Assembly: GCF_037203685.1 (NCBI RefSeq)
Contig: NZ_JBBCAU010000001.1
Coordinates: 415,005-439,004, forward strand
Source: Chryseolinea sp. T2
GTDB taxonomy: Bacteria; Bacteroidota; Bacteroidia; Cytophagales; Cyclobacteriaceae
Length of the DNA stretch: 24,000 nucleotides
Direction of reading: 5' to 3'
The notes under the pieces were generated by a model. That model did no database searches. It saw only the letters and a list, made by a program, of their open reading frames with translations, and had not been told where the DNA came from. Shown piece by piece: positions 1 to 6,396 of the stretch. Both the position numbers and the translations under genes were made by a program. The stretch's first letter is position 1; each line of letters opens with the position of its first letter.

Positions 1-649
1 GGACATTTTTGACGTATTGAATATTTGCGGAGCTCTGGGTGACATAACTCAGGTATTCCTGGACCATTTTGTCCTGGTTGCCTTTTATTCTGTACAGCAT
101 CGCAAGGTCCAGACAGAACAAGTAGGGATTTGCCATCGCCTGACGGCTTTCTGTCAACGCAAGGATCCCGTAATCCGGCAGGGTATGGGAAAGGAAGTAG
201 TCGGAAATTACCTTGACCCGCTGGACGTTGTTCTTGTTCTCTGCAATGAGTTCTTTAAAATGCTTGTCTGCTTTGCCCATGTCGCCCGATCGCATGTATA
301 CGAGACCGAGATCGAGCTTATATTGAATGTTTTGTGGATCCCTCTTGGAAAGTTTTTTGAGAAAGGCCTGGGCCTCGTCTCCGAGCTGCATGTCGATTAG
401 CAGGTTGATATAGTTATTATAAAAAAGGCTGACGTCATCCACATCGCGCGCCACCTCTCTGTATAATTCGAGCGCCTTTTTTTTATCGCCCTTTAAGGCG
501 TATTCATTAGCGAGCTGGATTTGTTCCTGAGATTGCGCATTAGCTTGAAAGCCAGCGAAGACAAAGAGCAGTAATCCGACGGTTATGCTCAGCGTGCGTC
601 CGCTTATTATTTTTACTATATATATATATTTATTAATATAGTTAGCCAT
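1..649 (-). CDS. TPR-like repeat protein with N-terminal signal peptide (N-terminal part only; the ORF runs off the left edge)
   Basis: Absent from the ORF track because no stop lies inside the window. Manual minus-strand translation from the ATG at 649-647 gives MANYINKYIYIVKIISGRTLSITVGLLLFVFAGFQANAQSQEQIQLANEYALKGDKKKALELYREVARDV...LGLVYMRSGDMGKADKHFKELIAENKNN...LDLAMLYRIKGNQDKMVQEYL and stays open to position 1. It has a hydrophobic signal-like segment ending in ANA, followed by TPR-type helical repeats. The + ORF 17..400 is its antisense shadow. Confidence 0.7.
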   Translation of the reverse strand, partial: MANYINKYIYIVKIISGRTLSITVGLLLFVFAGFQANAQSQEQIQLANEYALKGDKKKALELYREVARDVDDVSLFYNNYINLLIDMQLGDEAQAFLKKLSKRDPQNIQYKLDLGLVYMRSGDMGKADKHFKELIAENKNNVQRVKVISDYFLSHTLPDYGILALTESRQAMANPYLFCLDLAMLYRIKGNQDKMVQEYLSYVTQSSANIQYVKNV

Positions 650-905
650 GTGGATATGTGGATTGCCTGGTACGCCTCTTTCATGTGGAATATATGTAGA
701 TTTTACGAATCTTCATTTCCTTATTATTCAAATAGTTACAGTGTTTTCAACATCGTTTTCAACTGTTGATAGTTCTGATGTGCAGTAAGTTAGCCATAGC
801 CGTTGTTGACAGGCTCTAGGTTGTAAACAGAGAGAATATGATTTTCGTTTGCGATTGCAAGTTTGATGTTTGCGCAAACAGGTATGCTCAAGTTGTGAAC
901 AGCTT

Positions 906-2633
906 TTAGAAGGTTATCAACAGTTCTCGCTCCCAGTTTGCTTTGAGTGTGATTGTCTGTTTTCCGTCCTCTGAGATGTAGTAGTGGACTGGTTCGGGTG
1001 GCTGTTTGCGAAGTATGTTGCCTGGTGTCCATCGGTTGTTAGAGTCTTCATCAACTATAACGCGTAGTGTATAGTCTCCGGGTTGGAGGTCCTGGAACAT
1101 TGTTTTGGCTTTGCCTGGTTGTTGTGCTATGACTTTGTCTTTTGATAATAGCTGAACAAGTAGTGGGCTCTGCGTTGTTTTTATTTGGATGATAATGACC
1201 CCTGTGGTTTCCATAGTAGTTGGTTTGATACCCAGGGAGTTGCTTTTGCTGGTGTCTTGTTCGGCACTGATAAATGTCCCAGCCGCTATGTAAAACTCAT
1301 TGTTGTTTAATACGTGCTTCTTGGGGGCATTGGACTCTTTGGAGTTTTTAGTAGATGGTTGTGTTCGTGGAGTGGGAGTTGTCTTCGTAGCCGTGGTTGC
1401 TGATGCTGGTTTTGGGAGAAGAAGTGCTTTGGCTATTGGCTTGTGAATGGTTGCTGTTGTGTGAGTACTATCGAACGTAATGTCTTGTGGAGCAATTGGA
1501 ATTGTTTGTGCACTGTCTATCCGGTAGAAGATGCTGTCGAAGTTCATCCGGAGAACAGGTTTATTAAACGTTATTTGTCCATTGATTTGTCCGGTCACGG
1601 CGCTTACTGAGAATTGATCAAGCTTTAATGTGAAGGGTTGTGGCTTGATAGCGCGCTGTGAGAATTTCAGGTAGAGTGTTGTATCGATGGATTGGAGAAG
1701 GCTGTCTTTGGCCATGAAGTGGAGGGAGATGCTGTCATCTGCCTGCAGGTGCATGGTGTTATAGATCTGGATGTTTTCACGGTCGGCACCGTATGAGGAG
1801 TAGATATCATGCTCGTTGGAGTGTACAGTGTATTGGTCAGTGCTCTTTGATGTCTTGATATTGAAGTAAGTCTGATTGGGTCTTGCGCTCGTGAGTTTGA
1901 GTGGTCGTGCGTCCAGATGCACCATGGGTATTTGCAACGCGCCAATCGAGTCTTGTGGTTTGATTACTTCCGGTATGAATCCGTACTCTTCTGATTTGCT
2001 GTCTACAATGAGATTTTTATTGTTATCGATCCAGGCGTAGACGTGATAGTTGCCAGGTTTTAAGTTGTCGATGTGGAAGTCGCCGTTTGCATCTGCCTTT
2101 GTGAAGTATGCTGGTTTATGTCGGAATATGTTGAAAGTATCTTGTTCATACAGTGCTACCGTTGCGTCTTTTCCAGGTTTGCCCATGAGGATGTCATAGG
2201 CATTGCCCATCAGGTGCAATGAGTCAATGTACGTGCCTGTACTGAAGGCGATGTGAACATTTTGAGCGGGATTCTTTTCCGTGATATCCTGAACGGCATC
2301 GCGGAGGTTAACTGTATATGTTGTGTTGGCCTGTAACGGATTGGTGAGAGTGATTACTACAGTACTTTTCTTGACGGTGGCTTGAAATTCTTTACCAACG
2401 CCGGGTGTAATGATAATCTGGTCTTTGGGATTGTTGAGTTGGACGTTTTCATCGAACGTTGCTTCTATTTGTTTTCCCTTGAAATTGATTTGCTGGTCGT
2501 CGGGTATGGTCCGTACAAGTGTTGGGGGTATGGAATCCTTGGGTCCGCCAGTGGGTGAAGTTTGTCTCGCACAGGAGAGGGCGAAGAAAGTAGCAACGAT
2601 AATTGTGAGGTGTAGATAGTGAACGGGTTTCAT
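906..2633 (-). CDS. Ig-like (SbsA/Big_5-type) domain lipoprotein
   Basis: 575-aa ORF. The N-terminus [21 protein letters not shown] has a lipoprotein signal with a lipobox Cys. The following PTGGPKDSIPPTLVRTIPDDQQINF...ITPGV matches my memory of SbsA-type Ig-like domains in Bacteroidota. There is a T/P-rich linker (ATTATKTTPTPRTQPST). The start ATG overlaps the upstream stop (ATGA at 2630-2633). Confidence 0.75.
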   Translation of the reverse strand: MKPVHYLHLTIIVATFFALSCARQTSPTGGPKDSIPPTLVRTIPDDQQINFKGKQIEATFDENVQLNNPKDQIIITPGVGKEFQATVKKSTVVITLTNPLQANTTYTVNLRDAVQDITEKNPAQNVHIAFSTGTYIDSLHLMGNAYDILMGKPGKDATVALYEQDTFNIFRHKPAYFTKADANGDFHIDNLKPGNYHVYAWIDNNKNLIVDSKSEEYGFIPEVIKPQDSIGALQIPMVHLDARPLKLTSARPNQTYFNIKTSKSTDQYTVHSNEHDIYSSYGADRENIQIYNTMHLQADDSISLHFMAKDSLLQSIDTTLYLKFSQRAIKPQPFTLKLDQFSVSAVTGQINGQITFNKPVLRMNFDSIFYRIDSAQTIPIAPQDITFDSTHTTATIHKPIAKALLLPKPASATTATKTTPTPRTQPSTKNSKESNAPKKHVLNNNEFYIAAGTFISAEQDTSKSNSLGIKPTTMETTGVIIIQIKTTQSPLLVQLLSKDKVIAQQPGKAKTMFQDLQPGDYTLRVIVDEDSNNRWTPGNILRKQPPEPVHYYISEDGKQTITLKANWERELLITF

Positions 2634-3517
2634 TTCCGTGCGATGTAGATGAGGCTTGAGTATTCCTTATTACGGATAGCGGCAAGATTTGATTGGAGGC
2701 CCGAAATGATGCCGCGAATGAGCTCGCGCACTCCAGCTGATTTCCTGGAGGCTTTGTATTGTTCGCTGAGGATGCTTACATAGAGAGCGTCAAGTTTCAT
2801 GGGTACGATTTTGTAAGGCGTTAGTCCGTGTTGTTTCAGGAGATCTAACATGGTTGATTTTGAGAAGTGCCATAGGTGGCGGGGTGTATCATAGGCAGCC
2901 CAGTGTTCACGATATTTCTGCGCGTCTTTTGAGCTATGGTTTGGTACAGCAATAAATATTGTGCCATTGTTCTCGAGTCTTGAGGTGAGCTCATTCAATG
3001 TTTCATGGAGTTGATGGACATGTTCGATTACATGCCACAAGGTGATGACGCTATATTGTTTTGAAGGAAGCTCTTGAATCGAGGGTGTGATTTTTACTTT
3101 CGTAGAGCTAGTTGCGATTTCCCTCGGCTGATGTGCCGGCTCTACTCCATTAATATCCCATCCGTATTTTTTTGCATGTGTGAGGAAGGCACCTGTTCCG
3201 CACCCGTAGTCGAGGAGTGTCTTTGTTGGAAGACTATTGTATTCGGTGATGAGGTTTGTTTTCCATTTGAGCGTTATGCCACGGGCGATCTTATAAAGTG
3301 CGTCTGTGATAGTGGTGGTTTGATTTGAGTGTGAGATGTAATTGACCGATTCGTAATATTTTCCGAGATCTGCGGGTATAGGATGCGTTAGGAGAAACGA
3401 GCATTTGTTGCATTTGAGTACTTCAAATGTTTCCTGTGAAACAGTGTGGTCCTTTACTTTGAGAAAGGGTGTAAATGAGTTGGCGTGGCAGATTGGGCAA
3501 GTGAGCTGTTGTGTCAT
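2630..3517 (-). CDS. Class I SAM-dependent methyltransferase with N-terminal Cys4 zinc-ribbon
   Basis: 295-aa ORF. Motif I is [11 protein letters not shown]. The N-terminal CPIC...(x23)...CNKC looks like a zinc ribbon. ATGA overlaps occur at both ends (3514-3517 with mnmG, 2630-2633 with the downstream lipoprotein). Confidence 0.88.
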   Translation of the reverse strand: MTQQLTCPICHANSFTPFLKVKDHTVSQETFEVLKCNKCSFLLTHPIPADLGKYYESVNYISHSNQTTTITDALYKIARGITLKWKTNLITEYNSLPTKTLLDYGCGTGAFLTHAKKYGWDINGVEPAHQPREIATSSTKVKITPSIQELPSKQYSVITLWHVIEHVHQLHETLNELTSRLENNGTIFIAVPNHSSKDAQKYREHWAAYDTPRHLWHFSKSTMLDLLKQHGLTPYKIVPMKLDALYVSILSEQYKASRKSAGVRELIRGIISGLQSNLAAIRNKEYSSLIYIARK

Positions 3518-5376
3518 TTCCCCATATAGATTGTGAGAACAGAAACGTCGGCTGGTGATACGCCGCTGATACGCGATGCCTGGCCGACAGTTTCTGGTCG
3601 GATCTTTTTAAGTTTCTCTCGAGATTCTGATGACAATGCTTTTACGAGATCGTAGTTGAAGTCGGGGCGTATCTTGTAGTTTTCGAGGCTGCCAAGTTTT
3701 TCTACGAGTTCCTGTTCTCGAGCAATGTAACTTTCGTACTTAATGTTTACTTCTGCCTGCTGCAATACTTCGGTTGTGTATTTGCTGAAGGTGTCTTTGA
3801 TACCTGAGTTGAGGGAGATGAGGTCGTGTATGTTGATTTGTGGTCTCTTTAATAATTGGGAGAGCGAAGTCTTCTCTGTTATGGGTGATGTTTCGAGGGC
3901 GGCTAGTCCGGTATTAACTTCGTCAGCGGTAACACGAATTTTATTTAGTTCTGTGATGGCGGTCGCGGTTTGGTGCTTTCTTTCTATCATCGTCGAATAC
4001 CGGACATCGTCGGCTAGTCCGATTTTGTGACCGATTTCTGTGAGGCGGATATCGGCGTTGTCCTGGCGGAGCAGAATTCTGTATTCCGCGCGGGAAGTGA
4101 ACATTCTATAAGGTTCCTGTGTGCCCTTGTTGACGAGGTCGTCTATGAGTACACCGATATAGGCTTCTGATCTTTTGAGGATGATGGGATCCTTTTCGTG
4201 TACCTTATTATGGGCGTTAATTCCGGCCATGAGCCCCTGACAGGCTGCTTCCTCATAGCCGGTTGTGCCATTGATTTGCCCTGCAAAGTACAGATTATCA
4301 ACTAGTTGTGTCTCTAATGTTGTTTTCAACTGAGTTGGTGGAAAGAAGTCGTATTCAATGGCGTAGCCCGGCCTGAACATTCTGGCGTTTTCGAAGCCCG
4401 GTATTTTTCTTAGTGCCTGAAATTGGATGTCTTCCGGGAGTGATGTCGAGAATCCGTTTACGTAGATCTCGATCGTATTCCAGCCCTCGGGTTCTACAAA
4501 TATTTGGTGTCGTTCCCGTTCTGCGAATCGGTTGATCTTGTCTTCAATAGATGGACAGTATCGTGGGCCCAGGCCTTTGATTCTTCCTTGGAACATGGGC
4601 GACTTATCAAATCCTTTTTTCAGCTCGCCATGTACGTCGTCGTTGGTATATGTGATCCAACAGCTTCTTTGAGTTGTAAGCGGTTTTGTGTCGGTGTATG
4701 AGAATTTGCCAGGATTTTCGTCTCCCGGTTGTTCTTCCATTTTTGTGTAGTCGAGGCTGCGTCCGTCTATGCGGGGAGGTGTCCCCGTTTTCATGCGGCC
4801 TGCTTCGAAGCCGAGTTGCACCAATTGTTCTGTTAGACCTGTCGCTGCTTTTTCGGCAGTTCGTCCACCACCGAATTGTTTTTCGCCAATGTGGATCTTC
4901 CCGTTTAGAAATGTGCCGTTTGTTAGAACGATTGCCTTTGCGAGTATTTCGATGCCGAGACTTGTGCGGACTCCGACTACACTCCGATCCTTGACCAAGA
5001 GGCCGGAAACCATTTCCTGCCAGAAGTCCAGGTTCTTAGTTTGTTCGAGGGCTTGTCTCCATTCTTCCGAGAAGCGCATTCGGTCGTTCTGAGTTCTTGG
5101 GCTCCACATCGCAGGACCCTTTGACATGTTTAGCATCCGGAACTGGATCATGGATTTGTCTGAGACAATTCCAGACATTCCTCCTAATGCGTCAATCTCC
5201 CGAACGATCTGACCCTTTGCCACTCCACCCATTGCAGGATTGCAGGACATTTGGGCGATGGTATTCATGTTCATAGTTACGAGCAGCACCGATGAGCCCA
5301 TCTTGGCTGCGGCCGCCGCCGCCTCGCAACCGGCATGTCCGGCACCAACAACTATGACATCGTACTCCTTAAACAT
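3514..5376 (-). CDS. mnmG: tRNA uridine 5-carboxymethylaminomethyl modification enzyme MnmG (GidA)
   Basis: 620-aa ORF. It has the FAD fingerprint [16 protein letters not shown] and typical MnmG blocks (NPAMGG(V)[37 protein letters not shown]). The length is typical of the family. Confidence 0.98.
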   Translation of the reverse strand: MFKEYDVIVVGAGHAGCEAAAAAAKMGSSVLLVTMNMNTIAQMSCNPAMGGVAKGQIVREIDALGGMSGIVSDKSMIQFRMLNMSKGPAMWSPRTQNDRMRFSEEWRQALEQTKNLDFWQEMVSGLLVKDRSVVGVRTSLGIEILAKAIVLTNGTFLNGKIHIGEKQFGGGRTAEKAATGLTEQLVQLGFEAGRMKTGTPPRIDGRSLDYTKMEEQPGDENPGKFSYTDTKPLTTQRSCWITYTNDDVHGELKKGFDKSPMFQGRIKGLGPRYCPSIEDKINRFAERERHQIFVEPEGWNTIEIYVNGFSTSLPEDIQFQALRKIPGFENARMFRPGYAIEYDFFPPTQLKTTLETQLVDNLYFAGQINGTTGYEEAACQGLMAGINAHNKVHEKDPIILKRSEAYIGVLIDDLVNKGTQEPYRMFTSRAEYRILLRQDNADIRLTEIGHKIGLADDVRYSTMIERKHQTATAITELNKIRVTADEVNTGLAALETSPITEKTSLSQLLKRPQINIHDLISLNSGIKDTFSKYTTEVLQQAEVNIKYESYIAREQELVEKLGSLENYKIRPDFNYDLVKALSSESREKLKKIRPETVGQASRISGVSPADVSVLTIYMGK

Positions 5377-5390
5377 GTAGTTTCTCTTTA

Positions 5391-5405
5391 TGTTCCACGT
5401 GGAAC
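5391..5405. repeat. Copy 1 of the 15-bp repeat TGTTCCACGTGGAAC (contains the 14-bp perfect palindrome GTTCCACGTGGAAC)
   Basis: Read directly from the sequence. It lies 16 bp upstream of the mnmG start codon. An identical copy sits at 5491-5505. Confidence 0.95.
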
Positions 5406-5465
5406 GCTTTTCTGACCTGACTTACCCACAATTCTTTCAACATTTCCACAATTGCGAACCGCAAC

Positions 5466-5483
5466 ATCCGGCATTTGCCGGAT
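5466..5483. other. Hairpin-forming palindrome ATCCGGCATTTGCCGGAT (7-bp GC-rich stem, 4-nt loop) between the twin palindromes
   Basis: Read directly from the sequence: ATCCGGC/GCCGGAT arms around ATTT. Confidence 0.8.
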
Positions 5484-5490
5484 AGTGACT

Positions 5491-5505
5491 TGTTCCACGT
5501 GGAAC
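5491..5505. repeat. Copy 2 of the 15-bp repeat TGTTCCACGTGGAAC
   Basis: Read directly from the sequence. It is exactly 100 bp from copy 1 and lies between the candidate -7 box and the mnmG ATG. Confidence 0.95.
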
Positions 5506-5527
5506 CTCGCCCAGTCCTTCACTTCCA

Positions 5528-5535
5528 CAAAGATA
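5528..5535 (-). promoter_or_regulatory. Candidate Bacteroidota sigma-A -7 box (TATCTTTG = TAnnTTTG) for mnmG
   Basis: The minus-strand sequence gcttataTATCTTTGtgg fits the TAnnTTTG consensus. The identical 8-mer lies upstream of mfd at 18026-18033. No other TAnnTTTG lies between it and the mnmG ATG, which implies a leader of roughly 140 nt. Confidence 0.35.
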
Positions 5536-5861
5536 TATAAGCCGAATATCTTTTGCGCACAAAGGCGTTTCGAGCCCGTGTGAGGAACGACCGTGGGTGG
5601 TACAACAGCAAACAATAGGAAAAGATCCCCGGGAAGGTGGCTGGGTTCTTACAACCTGAGAGCAATTTCTTCGCTCGGCGCCAAGATACAGCTCAACGCG
5701 GGAACATCGCCAACTAGGCACCCGACTACGAAACAACCAAAATGCGTGTCTGGTAGGAAGCCTCAAGTTGACCAGGTCTATATGAGACAAATGCGATTGA
5801 TTTGAGATGCCAGATGAGTCCTGCCAGTCAAATCAAGCTTGACGGGCTTAGGATCTTATCC

Positions 5862-5916
5862 GATGCATAGTCGATGCATAGTCGATGCAAAGCCGATATA
5901 AAGCCGATTTGACTGG
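5862..5916. repeat. Degenerating 11-bp tandem array (GATGCATAGTC x2, GATGCAAAGCC, GATATAAAGCC, GATTTGACTGG)
   Basis: Five head-to-tail 11-mers read from the sequence. The last unit is the reverse complement of CCAGTCAAATC at 5824-5834. Confidence 0.9.
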
Positions 5917-5929
5917 ATATGCAAGGTTG

Positions 5930-5956
5930 CCCTGGCTTCCCTGCCTTCCCTTGCCT
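5930..5956. repeat. Three tandem pyrimidine-rich 9-mers (CCCTGGCTT CCCTGCCTT CCCTTGCCT)
   Basis: Read directly from the sequence. It begins 14 bp after the 11-mer array ends. Confidence 0.85.
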
Positions 5957-6164
5957 TTACAATCTGAAAGCTCGCGAAGGCCATGGGAAAGTTTGACCAG
6001 GTTGTCAAAGCCTAAACCGGTCCTAGATAGGCCGGCCATGTCCAATCACAACTATAATTGAGTCTTCGAGGGCAACGTCTGTATCTAACCCAAAAGCCTG
6101 GTTCAGCGCTCCTAGCTATTGTCTATTGTAGCGCCTTTCTGTGTGTGGCTCCTGATTGGTCAAC

Positions 6165-6180
6165 TAACCAATATTGGTTA
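6165..6180. repeat. 16-bp perfect palindrome TAACCAATATTGGTTA with extra ATTGGT/ACCAAg half-sites on both sides (6155-6187)
   Basis: The sequence reads gATTGGTcaactaACCAATATTGGTtaaACCAAg. Confidence 0.9.
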
Positions 6181-6396
6181 AACCAAGCAACAGGGAATCG
6201 GGGTTTCATATTTGGGTGACTTCAGGGAAAACGTGGCGGGGTTGTCAATCGTGCAGTTGTGATTCCGATCCCACAATTCTTAAAAGTGAAGGAACAGATT
6301 CGAAGTTGATTCGCGCACGGGCAGAGATCGATAGTTTCACTGGTCGCGAGCTTACCTGGACCTTGAAAGACTTAGGCAAACGAAGGACTTGTCGCT

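Larger units (their letters stand above)
5377..6396. other. 1,020-bp intergenic region with no credible ORF, rich in palindromes and short tandem repeats (function unknown)
   Basis: All ORF-track entries here (60-117 aa, both strands, mutually overlapping) are R/C/W/S-rich with no protein-like pattern. The repeats and palindromes are listed as separate features. I saw no tRNA T-loop, no tmRNA end (TGGTGGAG/CTCCACCA) and no RNase P GGAAAGTCC signature. Confidence 0.6.

Noticed and set aside
17-400. The + strand ORF of 127 aa at the left edge.
   Set aside because: It is antisense to a much better minus-strand reading frame (signal peptide plus TPR-like repeats) that is open across 1-649. Its own sequence has no recognisable features.
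604-692. Possible oriC. DnaA-box-like TGTGGATAT (649-657), TGTGGATTG (657-665) and TGTGGAATA (684-692) lie next to the A/T tract at 604-640. TTACCCACA (5422-5430) and ATTTCCACA (5442-5450) lie in the gap beside gidA/mnmG, which is the classical oriC neighbour in Gammaproteobacteria.
   Set aside because: Only two boxes are within one mismatch of TTATCCACA, and the rest have two or more. The A/T tract is inside a coding N-terminus, and the 1-kb gap is not AT-rich by eye. The genes to the right of both sites stay on the minus strand for 5-10 kb, the opposite of the divergent leading-strand orientation expected around an origin. The gidA-oriC linkage is not established for Bacteroidota. Whole-genome GC skew or Ori-Finder would settle it.
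790-1032. The 80-aa minus-strand ORF that overlaps the 3' end of the Ig-like gene.
   Set aside because: It overlaps the well-supported 575-aa CDS in another frame and extends into intergenic DNA. Its composition is not protein-like.
3743-5092. Plus-strand ORFs inside mnmG: 3743..4030, 4504..4701, 4686..4994 and 4769..5092.
   Set aside because: They are antisense shadows of a highly conserved CDS. They are Cys/Arg/Ser-rich with no motifs.
5862-5916. A CRISPR-like array.
   Set aside because: The repeat unit is only 11 bp. The units abut with no spacers and degenerate progressively. There are no cas genes in the window. It is a simple tandem repeat.
5515-6294. A 10-nt inverted match, TCCTTCACTT (5515-5524) / AAGTGAAGGA (6285-6294), as terminal inverted repeats of a ~780-bp MITE-like element.
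   Set aside because: A 10-mer inverted match within 1 kb is expected by chance about half the time. The match does not extend beyond 10 nt, and no target-site duplication flanks it.
5536-6396. A known RNA gene (tRNA, tmRNA, RNase P RNA, SRP RNA, TPP or cobalamin riboswitch) hidden in the gap.
   Set aside because: There is no GGTTCGAATCC-type T-loop on either strand. There is no CTCCACCA/TGGTGGAG tmRNA end and no alanine-rich tag ORF. There is no GGAAAGTCC or ACAGAACCCGGCTTA RNase P block. GTCAGGTCAGAAAAGC (minus strand, about 5410-5425) only loosely resembles the SRP GUCAGGUCCGGAAGGAAGC motif. CCTGAGAGC (5654-5662) lacks the rest of the TPP core. Visual inspection is weak evidence, and cmscan is still needed.
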